From Squalus acanthias (taxonomy: Eukaryota), in assembly GCA_030390025.1 (NCBI GenBank), contig CM059431.1, positions 136,774,001 through 136,838,000 of the forward strand: a stretch of 64,000 nucleotides of DNA, in the 5' to 3' direction. The notes below the pieces were generated by a model. It had not been told where the DNA came from, made no database searches, and worked only from the letters and a program-made list of their open reading frames with translations. The position numbers were made by a program, and so were the translations under genes. Below, in pieces: positions 14,226 through 26,100 of this stretch (position 1 is its first letter; the number at the start of each line of letters is the position of its first letter).

Positions 14226-14892
14226 AATGCATACAGACAGACGGGCTAGCAGGTGATTCTACAGCCCACGCGGCCGTGGGTTGAGTAGAAGAGGAGGAAG
14301 AAAGGGAAATTGTCAATGAAAAACCTTCATGAATCTAAGGTTGCATTTAATACTTTTTCAGAATGAAAGTGGAAGATTAGATTTAACCCACTAAACCGCG
14401 GGGCGTGTTTATAATATATTTAAATGTGACAAAGTTGACATTTTCCCTTTGAGTGAGAAACATGCAACGACATCTAATGCATTTACGCATTGAAACTGGA
14501 TTAAATCAGTTCCCGACTCGCTACCCGGGAATCAGGAATTAGCTGCGAAAGGTAAGGCAATTGGAATGGTCTTACGATGGGACATAAACTACAGAATGCA
14601 TTAAGGAGGAGCTGGGTTAATTAATCAATGTAAAATAATGAAACATCAGATTTACTGAGCTAAAGGGGTTAAAGCTATTTGGGTATAATCTTGTTTTCAG
14701 TGTGAGTGATTCAAATAAGTAGTCTTTTCACTGAAAATTATTTATGTTAACTGGGAGAGCAACTTATCAACCTGATTGGAATTTGTAATAACAGAAACAC
14801 TGATTAATTTCCTGTGAAGCTGGTCAGCAACACATAACAAAATAATAAAAAAGAGCGCCGGGCCATCAGGTTTTTAATATCGCTTTCACATA

Positions 14893-15500
14893 ACAACAAA
14901 AGCTTGCATTTATATAGCACCCTGAACATGTAAAATATCTCTTGGCGCTTCATAGAAACATTATCAAAAATGGCACCGAGCGAAGCAAAGAAATAGTAAG
15001 AAAATGAGCAAAGGCTTGTTTAAAGACATGAGTTTGAAGCAGGGTCTTAAAGAATAAAGGAAGGTGGAGAGGCTTAGAGAGTGAATTCCAAAGCATGCGA
15101 ATGACCGGCTGAATGTACAGCCGCCAAATGTGAGGCAAAGGGAAGAAGAGTGCATTGAGGCCACATTCCTTGGAAGGGCAGTTAGGTCGGTTGTGGGAAG
15201 GATGTTTCAGAGATACCGAATGAGGGGTAGTTCAGAGAGGAGAGGCGTGATGGGCTGGCTTGGCTCGGTGTGGCATAGGATGCAGACTGCAGTGTTCGGG
15301 ATGAACTGAAGTTAATGGACGGGGGCCACAAGGAAACATTGTAATAGTCATGTGTGGAATCCACAGAGGCAGGCAGAAGGGTTTCAGTGACAAATAGGCG
15401 GAAGGAGCGGTGGAGTCTGTGTTCCGGAATTGGACAGAGGCAATATTTGTGATTGAGCGAATATGGGGTCAGAAGCTCAGTTCGCAGTCAATTCCCAGAT
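14893..15500 (-). mobile_element. L2 LINE 3' fragment
   Basis: Minus-strand peptide RMLWNSLSKPLH...FFKTLLQTHVFKQAF matches the L2 ORF2 C-terminal pattern LWNSLP..FK..LKTHLF; tail cttgcatttatatagc. Confidence 0.75.
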
Positions 15501-15869
15501 CAAGATCAAGTCGGGGAGAAGAGCAGGGTGGGGTTGGACTGAATGACAAGGGTGCAGAGAGGCTAAAACTGATCTTTGCGGTAGCGCAAAATGGCCAAAA
15601 GTAAACTTTTTAACACAAAGCCCAATTCTAGTTTCCATTGAGCTCAATGGAAAATGGTCAGTAATTGCGCGAGGAGTTGTGGAAAGTGCTCCCACGCTGC
15701 TGAACTGTTAAATCCTAATAGTGAGGGCTCACACCTGACATGATATCTGTAATGTCCTCCATCCTACATACCACCAATACCCCAACTGGTCGCTACTATT
15801 CTGTCCCACAGCAAGTCTTGCTCACGTAGTAATTCGAATTATGATGCTGGGCTCGGCTTCAAATTATAC

Positions 15870-16275
15870 GTGGCCTTGCCTCACCCTATCACTATATCTC
15901 TGCAGGACCTCTCGTTAGAAGCGGACCTCACGCTATCTCTATATCTCTACAGGACCACTCGTTACCAGCGGATCTCACCCTATCTCTATATCTCTGCAGG
16001 ACCTCTCGTTACAAGCGGATCTCTCCCTATCTCTACATTTCTACAGGACGCCGCATTTCCAGCGGATCTCACCCGATCTCTATATCTCTGCAGGTTCCCA
16101 CGTTACCAGCGGACAGTTACCAGTATAATGTTGCAATTGTACCTGGCCTTGCCTCTCCCTATATCTATATCTCTACAGGACCCCGCGTTACCAGCAGATC
16201 TCACCCTATCTCTGTATCTCTACAGGACTCCGCGTTACCAGTGGACAATCACCAGTATAATGTTCCAATTTCTCG
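15870..16275. repeat. 47-bp minisatellite (CTCACCCTATCTCTATATCTCTGCAGGACC...CGTTACCAGCGGAT), about 7 units
   Basis: Units start at 15880, 15927, 15974, 16021, 16068, then about 16153 and 16200 after a short linker that itself recurs near 16250. Confidence 0.9.
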
Positions 16276-16549
16276 CTGATTGACTTCAATAGATTGACAA
16301 TGATGGAATGTGTGCCCGCAATTGTTCAGTAAACCGCCCGATGCCTGCGGGGTCTGGGAAAAGTTGATGCAAGGTGTGTAAAATTCCAAATGGATTGTTA
16401 TGTTCATAGGATAGAATTCATTATTTTTGAAGATGGACCTGCACATACCAGCTATATATCTGGGATTTAAGAGGCTGCTTGGCACGTTTATTGGACAACC
16501 CTTATCAAGTAAGATATGCTCCTCTCATATGGGGTCACAAGGCTCAATA

Positions 16550-17012
16550 AAGAAAGACTTGCATTTATATAGCGCCTTTCACAACCACCGGACGTCTCAG
16601 AGCGCTTTACAGCCAATGAAGTACTTTTTGAAGTGGAGTCACTGTTGTAATGCAGGAAATGCAGCAGTCAAATTGCGCACAGTAAACTCCTACAAACAGC
16701 AATGACAAGAGAATCTGTTTTTTTTAGTGATGCTGATTGAGTGATAAATATTGGCCAAGACACCGGGGATAACTCCCCTGCTCTTCTTTGAAATAGTGCC
16801 ACTGGATCTTTTACGTCCACCTGAGAGAGCAGACGGGGCCTCTGTTTAATGTCTCAGCCGAAAGACGGCACTTCCGACAGTGCCGCGCTTCCTCAGTGCT
16901 GCACTGGAATGTCAACTTAGATTTTTGTGCTCAAGTCACTGGCATGGATGTTGAACCTACAACCTTCTTACTCAGAGGCGAGGCTGCTACTAACTGAAAG
17001 CTGCCAGCTGAC
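16550..17012 (-). mobile_element. tRNA-derived Deu-domain SINE (SacSINE1/AmnSINE1-like) with L2-type tail
   Basis: Tail gacttgcatttatatagcgcctttcac; central ctcttctttgaaatagtgcc...ccacctgagagagcagacggggcctc...gtttaatgtctc..ccgaaagacggcac recognised as Deu-SINE core; tRNA-like head near 16950-17010. Confidence 0.8.
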
Positions 17013-17019
17013 AAAAAGA

Positions 17020-17310
17020 ACAATTACCGCCCAATCAGCCTACTCTCAATCATAAGCAAAGTAGCGAAGGTGTCGTCGACAATGCTATCAAGAGGCACGT
17101 ACTCACCAATAACCTGCTCAACGATGATCAGTTTGAGTTTCATGACAACAGACGGCAGCAGACCTTATTACAAACTGGGTCTAAAGAAGAACAAAGGAGC
17201 GGACTTCCAGAGGTGAGATGAGAGTGACTGCCCTTGACATCAGGACAGCATCTTACTGAGTATGGCTCGAAAGATCCCTAGCAAAATTGCAATCAATGAA
17301 TATTCCCACC
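17020..17310 (+). mobile_element. Non-LTR retrotransposon RT fragment (CR1/L2 group)
   Basis: Encodes NYRPISLLSIISKV and VTALDIRTA (RT motifs), with frameshifts. Confidence 0.75.
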
Positions 17311-18295
17311 TCTGACCATATGATGGAGTTAAAGGCCATTGATGAAGCAGCTGAAGGAAGTTGGGCAGTGGATACTGCTTTGAGGAAACTCTGCAGCGAT
17401 GTCCTGGGGCTGGGATGAATAGCCTCCAACCACCACAACCATCTTACTTTCTGATAGGTATGAATCCAGCCAGTGGAGAGTTTCCTTCAATTCCCATTTT
17501 CTTCAGTTTTACAAGGGCTCCTTGATGCCACACTCGGTCAAATGCTGCCTTGTTGTCAAGGGCAGTCTCTCTCACCTCACCTCATGAATTCAGCTCTTTG
17601 TTCCATGTTTTGTCGAAAGCCGTAATGAGGTATGGAGAGAAATGATCTTGACGGAAATCAAACTGAGCATCGGTGAGTAGGATATCAGTGAGTAAGTGCT
17701 GCTTGATAGCATTGTCGATGACACCTTCCATCACTTTTCTGATTATTGAGAGTCGGCGGATGGGGCAGCACTTGGCCTGATTGGGTTTGTCCTGGTTTTT
17801 GTGGATAGTACACTACAGCCGGGATGTTGCCGGGGCCCATAGCGTATCCATTGCATTCAACCGTTTATTGATAAAACGTGGAGCGCTTCGCCTTGGCTGA
17901 AGATTGGCATATGTGACGGTGAGGACCTCAGGAGGAGGCCGAGTTGAATCCTCAATTCATCACTTCTGGCTGAAGATTGTGGAGAACATTTCAACCATTC
18001 ATTCTTCTCTCACGTGCCTTGCTCTGTCACCGTTAAGGCTGGGCATCTTCATGGAATCTCCCCTTCGCGGTAGATGTTTAATGATCGATCACTATTCAAA
18101 ACAGAATGTTCCAGGACTGCAGAGATTTGATCTGAACCGTTGGTTGTTGGAACGCTTTGATCTGTCTATACCATGCTGCATCCACTGATTAGCATGCATG
18201 TAGTACTGTGCATATCTCACCGTGTTGGACCCTCATTTTCAAGTACACGTGGATCTGCTCCTGCAATGCTACTCTTCACTCATTATTGACACAGC
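17311..18295 (-). mobile_element. Oppositely oriented fragment(s) of the same LINE family
   Basis: 17510-17730 is the diverged reverse complement of 17060-17280 (caagggcagtctctctcacctcacctc vs gaggtgagatgagagtgactgcccttg). Confidence 0.65.
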
Positions 18296-18309
18296 ATTCT
18301 TGTCTGAAA

Positions 18310-20640
18310 ACTGACCATCCAAAACATAATAATGACCTGGGGACTGACACCACCCAAGCAGAATTATTTCCTGGGCACTGACTGCTCGCAAACACAATCA
18401 ATAACTGTGTATTTACACCTATGATACGCAATAATTACCTGGGAACTGAACCCTCACAAACAGAATCATTATCTGGGCACTGACCCTTCACACCAGAATC
18501 ATTACCAGGGAACTGGTATCTCCCAAACAGAATCATTAACTGGGCACTGAATCCTCCTGGACAGAATCATTACCTGGGCACTGACCCCTCACAAACTGCA
18601 TCGTTACATGGGCACTGTCTCCTCCCAAATAGAATCATTACCTGGGCACTGACCACTCACAAACGGAATCATTAACTGGGCACGCAATTTTCCCAAACAG
18701 AATCATTACCCGGGCACTGACTCATCCCAAACAGATTTATTACCTGGGCACTGACCCCTCCCATACAGAATCATTAACTGGGCACTGACGACTCCCAAAC
18801 AGAATCATTAACTGGGCACTGACCCCTCTCAAACAGAATCATTACCTGGGCACTGACCCATCCCAAACAGAATCATTACCTGGGCACTGACCCCTCCCAT
18901 ACAGAATCATTAACTGGGCACTGACCCATCCCAAACAGAATCATTACCTAGGCACTAACTCCTCACAAACAGAATCATTACCTGGGCCCTAGATTTCCCA
19001 AACAGAATCATTACCTGGGCACTGACCTCTCAAGAACAGAATCATTGCCTGGGCACTGACCCCTCCCAAACATAAGCATTTCCTGGGCACTGACTCTTCC
19101 CAAATATAATCTTTAACTGGGCACTGACAATCCCAAACAGAATCATTTCCTGGGCACTGACCCCTCTCAAACAGAATCATTACCTGGGCACTGACCCCTC
19201 TCAAAGAGAATCATTACCTCGGCACTGACCCTTTCCAAATAGAATCATTACCTAGGCACTGATTCGTCCTAAATAGAATCACTACCTGCACTGAACCATC
19301 GAAACAGAATCATTACCAAGCAGAATGGTTACCTGGGCTCTAACACCTCTCGAACAGAATCACGACATGGGCACTGGCAGCCCCAAAACAGAGTCATTAA
19401 TTGGACACTGACCCCTCCCAAACTAAAGCATTACATGGTCACTGACCAGTCACAAACTGCAACATTACCTGGGCACTGATCCATCCCAAACCGAATAATT
19501 ATATGGGAACTGACGCCTGAAAAACAGTATTATTATGTGGGGACTGACCACACCCAAACAGAATCATTACCTGGGCACTGACCCCATCCAAGCAGAATCA
19601 TTATTTTGGCACTGACCTCTTAAAAACAGAATCATTGACAGGTCATTGACACCTCCCAAACAGAAGCATTACCTGGGTAGTGATCACTCCCACACAGAAT
19701 CATTATCTGGGCACTGAACCCTCCCAAACAGAATCATTACCTGGGCACTGACCACTCCCAAACAGAATCATTATCTGGGCACTGACCCCTCCCACACAGA
19801 ATCATTACCTGGGCACTGACCACTCCCACAGAGAATCATTACCTGGGCACTGACCCCACCCAAATAGAATCATTGCCTGGGCACTGAGCCCTCCCACACA
19901 TAATCATTACCTGGGCACTGACCACTCGCAAACGGAATCATTACGTGGGAACTGACTCATCCCAAGCATATTTTTTACCTGGGCACTGACCTCTCCAAAA
20001 CAGGATCATTATCTTGGCACTGACCTGACAAAAATATAATTGCCAGCGCATTGACCCATTCAAAACAGAATAATTACCTGGGCACTGACTCTTTCCAAAC
20101 AGAATCATTATCTGGGCACTGACTCTTCCCAAACAGAATCATTACCTGTGCACAGACACTCCCAAACAGAATCATGACCTGGGCACTGAACCATCACAAA
20201 CAGAATCATTAACTCGCCACTGGCCCCTCCCAAACAGAATCACTACCTGTCACTGAACAATTCGAAACAGAATCATTAACTGGACACTGACATCTCCCAA
20301 ACTGAAGCATTACATGAGTGCTGACAAGTCACAAGCTGCATCATTACCTGGGCACTGACCACTCCCAAACAGAATCATTACCTGGGCACTGTCTCCTCCA
20401 AACAGAATCATTACCTGGGAACTGACCCCTCCAAAATAGAATCATTACCTGGGCACTGAACCATCACAAATAGAATCATTACCTCGGCACTGACCCCTCC
20501 CAAACAGAATCACTACCTGGCACTGAACAATCCGAAACAGAATCATTACCTGGCCACTGACCCCTCCACAACAGAACCATTACCTGGGCACTGACGCCTC
20601 CCAAATAGAATCATTACCTGGGCACTGACCCCACCACAAC
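18310..20640. repeat. 34-bp tandem satellite, consensus CAGAATCATTACCTGGGCACTGACCCCTCCCAAA (about 68 units)
   Basis: Period 34 read directly (cagaatc at 18800, 18834, 18868). Confidence 0.95.
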
Positions 20641-20644
20641 CGAA

Positions 20645-21432
20645 CCCCTCCACTTCCATGTTTCCTTCCCTGCAAGTGCAGGAGATGCTACAACTTCCGT
20701 TTTACCTCATCCCTTCCCACCATCCAGGGCCCCAAACACTCCTTCAAGGTGAAAAAGCCATTTACATGTACATCGTTAAATTTAGTATACTTTGTTCGTC
20801 GCTCCTCTACATTGAGAAGACCAAACTCATATTGTGTGATCGCTTTGCGGTACAACTCCGTTCAGTATTCAAGCTTGACCCTAAGCTTCCAGTCGCTTGT
20901 CTTTTTCATTTTCCACTCCCACGCTGACCTCTCTGTCATCGGCCCCCTACACGGTTCCAATTAATCTCAATGGAAGCTCGATGAACAGCAACTCATCTTT
21001 CGATTAGGCACTTTCCAGTCTTCCGGACTCAACAATGAGTTCAACAATTTCAGATCATGACACTGCTCCCATTTTTCGGACAGCAGCTGTTGGTATTGAC
21101 TCTGATTTAATCATTTACATTTGCTCAGGTCCAATTGTTTTTCTTTTCTTTGCACATTTCCAAATCCTTTTGGTTTTGCACCATCATCCATTTAGTCATT
21201 ATTTCACTCCTGCCTTCCACACTATCACAGACTTTTATCCTTTCCTCCCCGCCCCTTCCCCAGGATCTGTGCCTGCTCGGTACCTGTTACATCGCTAACT
21301 TTTGCCAGCTCTGACCTGCAACATTAACGCTGTTACTCTCTCCACAGAAGCTGCCTGACCTGCTGAGTGCCTCCAGCATTTTCTGTTTTTATTTCAGATT
21401 TCCAGTATGTTCAGTAAATTGTGTTGGTATTG
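20645..21432 (+). mobile_element. Penelope-like element 3' fragment (GIY-YIG endonuclease remnant plus pLTR)
   Basis: Peptides FPCKCRRC, QGPKHSFKVKKPFTCTSLNLVY, LYIEKTK and KLDEQQLIFRLGTFQSSGLN across frameshifts. The hammerhead stem II is deleted at about 21311. Confidence 0.85.
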
Positions 21433-23129
21433 CTGCTCAGGGATAGTTCAATTCGGCGGTTAAATGGTTAATTCCCTCATGCACACAAACAGCCTCTCCC
21501 TCAGCTGACTGACAAGACACTGGCTCTTGGACCCTGGGCTCAAAGCCAAAACACCAGGACATAGGATGGGAAATTCAGTGAACAATGTTCCAGATGGAAA
21601 TGTAAAACATTATTTCTCACCATTTGTCCTTTTACTGAACGGACCTAGAACAAGTGGAGATGAAATCAAATGTATAACTAACTTTGTTTACATTTAAAGC
21701 GGCAGTGAATTGCCAATTGATTTCACCAGAAAGTCCGGTCCCTGCTATGAGCAACTGAGAGATGTTTGCGCTCAAATTCTCAGTGAAGGCAGCAACTTTA
21801 CACAGAGGGTGCAGCTCTGAATCTCACAGTACAAACATCTGATCAAATTCCCAAGTTATGACTTCCTCAATTTAAACAAGGAAACTCAACCTGATTGGAT
21901 TTAACGCTGTAACAAGTAAATAACTTGCATAATCTACACGGAAATAAAGAGACAGAACGTCGTTGCGGGATCATGGTAAGGTTAATGTCGCTGCTAAGAT
22001 TAATTTCTGTGTTTTATTAATGTATTTCTCCCTTTATTCTTCCTCTCTAAATCTTATTTCCAGCGGTCTGATATGTTCCCCAGCGTGGGTTGCGGCTATT
22101 CTGTGTGTGAGGGCTCAGACTGTGACTGAGGACAGTCCATCTTACAGCGGGGATTTCGGGGCTAAATCCACTCCTGGTCTCCACCAGTCTCCCCACAGAC
22201 ATAGTTTAAAGCGTTTGCGGGACAGAAAGCAGAAACACGAATTCTGGGGATTTACCCCATTTTGGTCCAGTGGCGCCTCCACCCTATTGTAGATTCACAG
22301 TTCAGACAGACAGGGCTGGAAACCTGTGGCGCTCTAACTCCGGATGAATATTTTATTATATCTCTCACTGCAGCTTTATTGGCCAGTGCATTTCTATTGA
22401 ACTGTTCAAAGGCGGTATTAGTAGTTAATAACGAACACACATAGTTCAATTCAGTAAAGAGCGAACACATTCGCACTGCCCGATTATCGTTCACGGTTCA
22501 GCACCGGGAAAATCAGCCTCTGTGTTCCCTGAGACCGGACTGAACGCGATATAATCCCAGGAACGGAGCACTTTCGGAGATACAACTTGACCCGTGTTTA
22601 ATTATAATAATTAAATGCTGTATAACCGAGAAATGTCAGTTTAACTCAGTCAGGAGCGGATGTGAATTAGGGGGAGAATGGAGCAGGGACTTCCGTATTT
22701 CCTGGAAAAATAAGTACCTGTTTAATGAGGCGATTATTATCAAACTGGCTGAACAGAAAATCCGAGAGACTCGCTCCCTTTAGAGAGAAACAGATTGGAC
22801 GCAAAACGCTTTCAGGGCTGAAACCACCTGTCTCACAGATCGCTGGAAACGAATTACTAATCCTTACATAATAATCAGCTCAAATTATCAACAGGCAGCA
22901 GGGCCCCGGGACTTTAAATACATTCGCCTGTTTTACATCACTGACTGGGAACAAGAGATGCAGAAAATATTTAAATAACTTTGTTCACTGTTGAAGTGTC
23001 AACGAATTTTTAAACCGCTTCTATTGGATTTCAAAGGAAAAGCCTCCACAAGTTCTGATGCAACTGAGGAATATTTTATTTGAAATCCATCCTGAGGATA
23101 GGCAGCAGCTTTCACATAGATTGCTCAGT
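20965..23129 (+). repeat. Right arm of the inverted segmental duplication (partner 9672-12418)
   Basis: Collinear reverse complement of the left arm. It lacks the MITE and carries about 115 bp (21735-21845) missing from the left arm. Confidence 0.92.
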
Positions 23130-26100
23130 CGGGCGTGGGGATTATCAGTGGGGTGTGGGGCAGTGTCAGTGGGGTGTGGGGCAGTGTCAGTGGGGTGTGG
23201 GTGTGGGGCTGGGTCAGTGGTGTGTGGGTGTGGGGCTGGGTCAGTGGGATGTGGGGCTGGGTCAGTGGGTTTTGGGGCTGGGTCAGTGGGGTGTGGGGCT
23301 GGGTCAATGGTGTGTGGTGCTGTGTCAGTGGGGTGAGGGGCTGGGTCAGTGGGGTGTGCGGCTGAAAAGTGGGTGTGGGGCTGGGTTAGTGGAGTGTGGG
23401 GCTGGGTTAGTGGGGTGTGGGGCTGGGTTAGTGGTGTGTGGGTGTGGCGCTGGGTCAGTGATTTGTAAGTGTGGGACTGGGTCAGTGATGTGTGGGGATG
23501 GGTCAGTGCGGTGTGGGTGTGGGGCTGGGTCAGTGGAGTGTGGGTGTGTGTCTGGGTCAGTGGGATGTGGGGCTAGGTAAGTGGGGTTTGGGTGTGGGAC
23601 TGGGTCAGTGGGGTTTGGGTCTGGAGCTCGGTCAGTGGGGTGTGTGGCTGGGTCAGTGGGGTGTCGTGTGGGGCTGGTTCAGTGGGGTGTGTGTGTGGTT
23701 CTGGGTCAGTAGCGTGAGGGTGTGCGGCTGGGTCAGTGGGGTGTTGGTGTGGGGCTGGGTCAGTGGTGTGTGGATGTGGGGCTGGGTCAGTGGGGTGTGG
23801 ATGTGAGGCTGTGTCAGTGGGGTGTTGGTGTGGGGCTGCGTCAGTGGGGTGTCAGTGTGGGGCTGGGTCAGTGGTTTTTGGTTTGGGGCTGGGTCGGTGG
23901 GGTGTGCTTGTGGGGCTGGGTTAGTGGGCTTTGCTTTGGGAGAGCGTCAGTTGGGTGTGGGTGTTGGGCTGGGTCAGTGGGGTGTGGGTGTGGGGCTGGG
24001 TCAGTGGGGTGTGGGTGTTGGGCTGGGTCAGTGGGTTGTGGGTGTGGTGCTGAGTCCGTGGGGTTTGGGTGTGGCGCTGAGTCAGTGGGGTTTGGGTGTC
24101 GGGCTGGGTCAGTGGGGTTTGGGTGTGGGGCTGTGTCAGTGGGGTGTGTGTGTGGGGCTGAGTCAGTGGGGTTTGGGTGTGGGGCTGGGTCAGTGGGGTT
24201 TGGGTATGGGGCTGGGTCAGTGGGATGTGGGTGTGGGGCTGTGTCAGTGGGGTGTGGGGCTGGGTCAGTGGGGTGTGACTATGAGGCTGGGTCAGTGGGT
24301 TTTGATTGTGGGGCTGGGGCAGTGGTGTGTTTGTGTTGGGCTGGGTCAGTGGGGTTTGGATGTGGGGCTGTTTCAGTGGGGTGTCGGTGTAGGACTGGGT
24401 CAGTGGGTTGTAAGTGTTTGGCTGGGTCAGTGGGGTGTTGGTTTGGGTCTGGGTCAGTGATTTGTGGGTGTGGGGCTGGGTCATTGGGGTGTGGGTGTGG
24501 GGCTGGGTCAGCGGGGTGTGGGATTGGGTCTGGTCATGAGGCGTGGGTGTGGGGCTGGGTCAGTGAGGTGTGGGTGTGGGGCTGGGTCAGTGGGGTGTGG
24601 GTGTGGGGCTGGGTCAGTGTAGTGTGGGTGTGGGGCTTGGTCAGTGAGGTGTGGGTGTGCGGCTGGGTCAGTGGGGTGTGGATGTTGGGCTGGGTCAGTG
24701 GGGTGTGGGTGTGGGGCTGGGTCAGTGGGGTGTGGGCGTGTGGGCTGGGTCTGTGGGGTGTGGGTGTGGGGCTGAGTCCGTGGGGTTTGGGTGTGGCGCT
24801 GTGTCAGTGGGGTTTGGGTGTCGGGCTGGGTCAGTGGGGTTTGGGTGTGGGGCTGTGTCAGTGGGGTGTGGGTGTGGGGCTGAGTCAGTGGGGTTTTGGT
24901 GTTTGGCTGGGTGAGTGAGGTGTGGGTGTTTGGCTGGGTCAGTGAGGTGTGGGTTTGCGGCTGGGTCAGTGGGGTGTGGGTGTTGGGGTGGGTCAGTGGG
25001 GTGTGGGTGTGGGGTGGGTCAGTGTGGTGTGGGTGTTGGGCTGGGTCAGTGGGGTGTGGGTGTGGGGCTGAGTCCGTGGGGTTTGGGTGTTGCGCTGGGT
25101 CAGTGGAGTTAGAGTGTAGGGCTGGGTCAGTGTGGTTTGGGTGTGGGGCTGTGTCAGTGGGGTTTGGGTGAGGGGCTGAGTCAGTGGGGGTGGGTGTGGG
25201 GCTGGGTCAGTGGGGTGTGGGGCTGGGTCAGTGGGGTGTGACTATGAGGCTGGTCAGTGAGGTGTGGTTGTGGGGCTTTGTCAGTGGTGTGTCTGTGTGG
25301 GGCTGGGTCAGTGGGGTTTGGATGTGGGGCTGGGTCAGTGGGGTGTCGGTGTAGGACTGGGTCAGTGGGTTGTAAGTGTATGGCTGGGTCAGTGGGGTGT
25401 TGGTTTGGGTCTGGGTCAGTGATTTGTGGGTGTGGTTCTGGGTCATTGGGGTGTGGGTGTGGGGCTGGGTCAGTTGGGTGTTGATGTGGGTCTAGTTCAG
25501 TGGTGTGTGTGTGTGTGGCTCGGTCATGGGGTGTGGGTGTAGGGCTGGGTCAATGGGGTGTAGATGTGAGGCTGTGTCAGTGGGGTGTGGGTGTGGGGCT
25601 GCGTCAGTGTGTTGTCAGTGTGGGGCTGGGTCAGTGGTTTTTGGTTTGGGGCTGGGTCAGTGGGGTGTGTTTGTGTGGGTGGGTTAGTGGGTTTTGGTTT
25701 GGGGGAGCGTCAGTGGGGTGTGGGTGTGGGCCTGAGTCAGTGGGGTTTGGGTGTGTGGCTGGGTCAGTGGGATTTGGGTGTGGAGCTGGGTCAGTGGGGT
25801 GTGGGGTTGTGTCAGTAGGGTTTGGGGCTGGGTCAGTGGGGTGTGACTATGAGGCTGGGTCAGTGGGGTGTGGTTGTGGGCCTGGGTCAGTGGTGTGTTT
25901 GTGTGGGTCTTGGTCAGTGGGGTTTGGATGTGGGGCTGGGTCAGTGGGGTGTCGGTGTAGGACTGGGTCAGTGGGTTGTAAGTGTGTGGCTGGGTCAGTG
26001 ATTTGTGGGTGTGGGTCTGGGTCATTGGGGTGTGGGTGTGGGGCTTGGTCAGTGGGGTGTGGGATTGGGTCTGGGTCAGTGATTTGTGGGTGTGGGGATG

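Noticed and set aside
18310..20640. 34-bp repeats of CRISPR-like length
   Set aside because: Units are head-to-tail with no unique spacers, there are no cas genes, and the context is eukaryotic.
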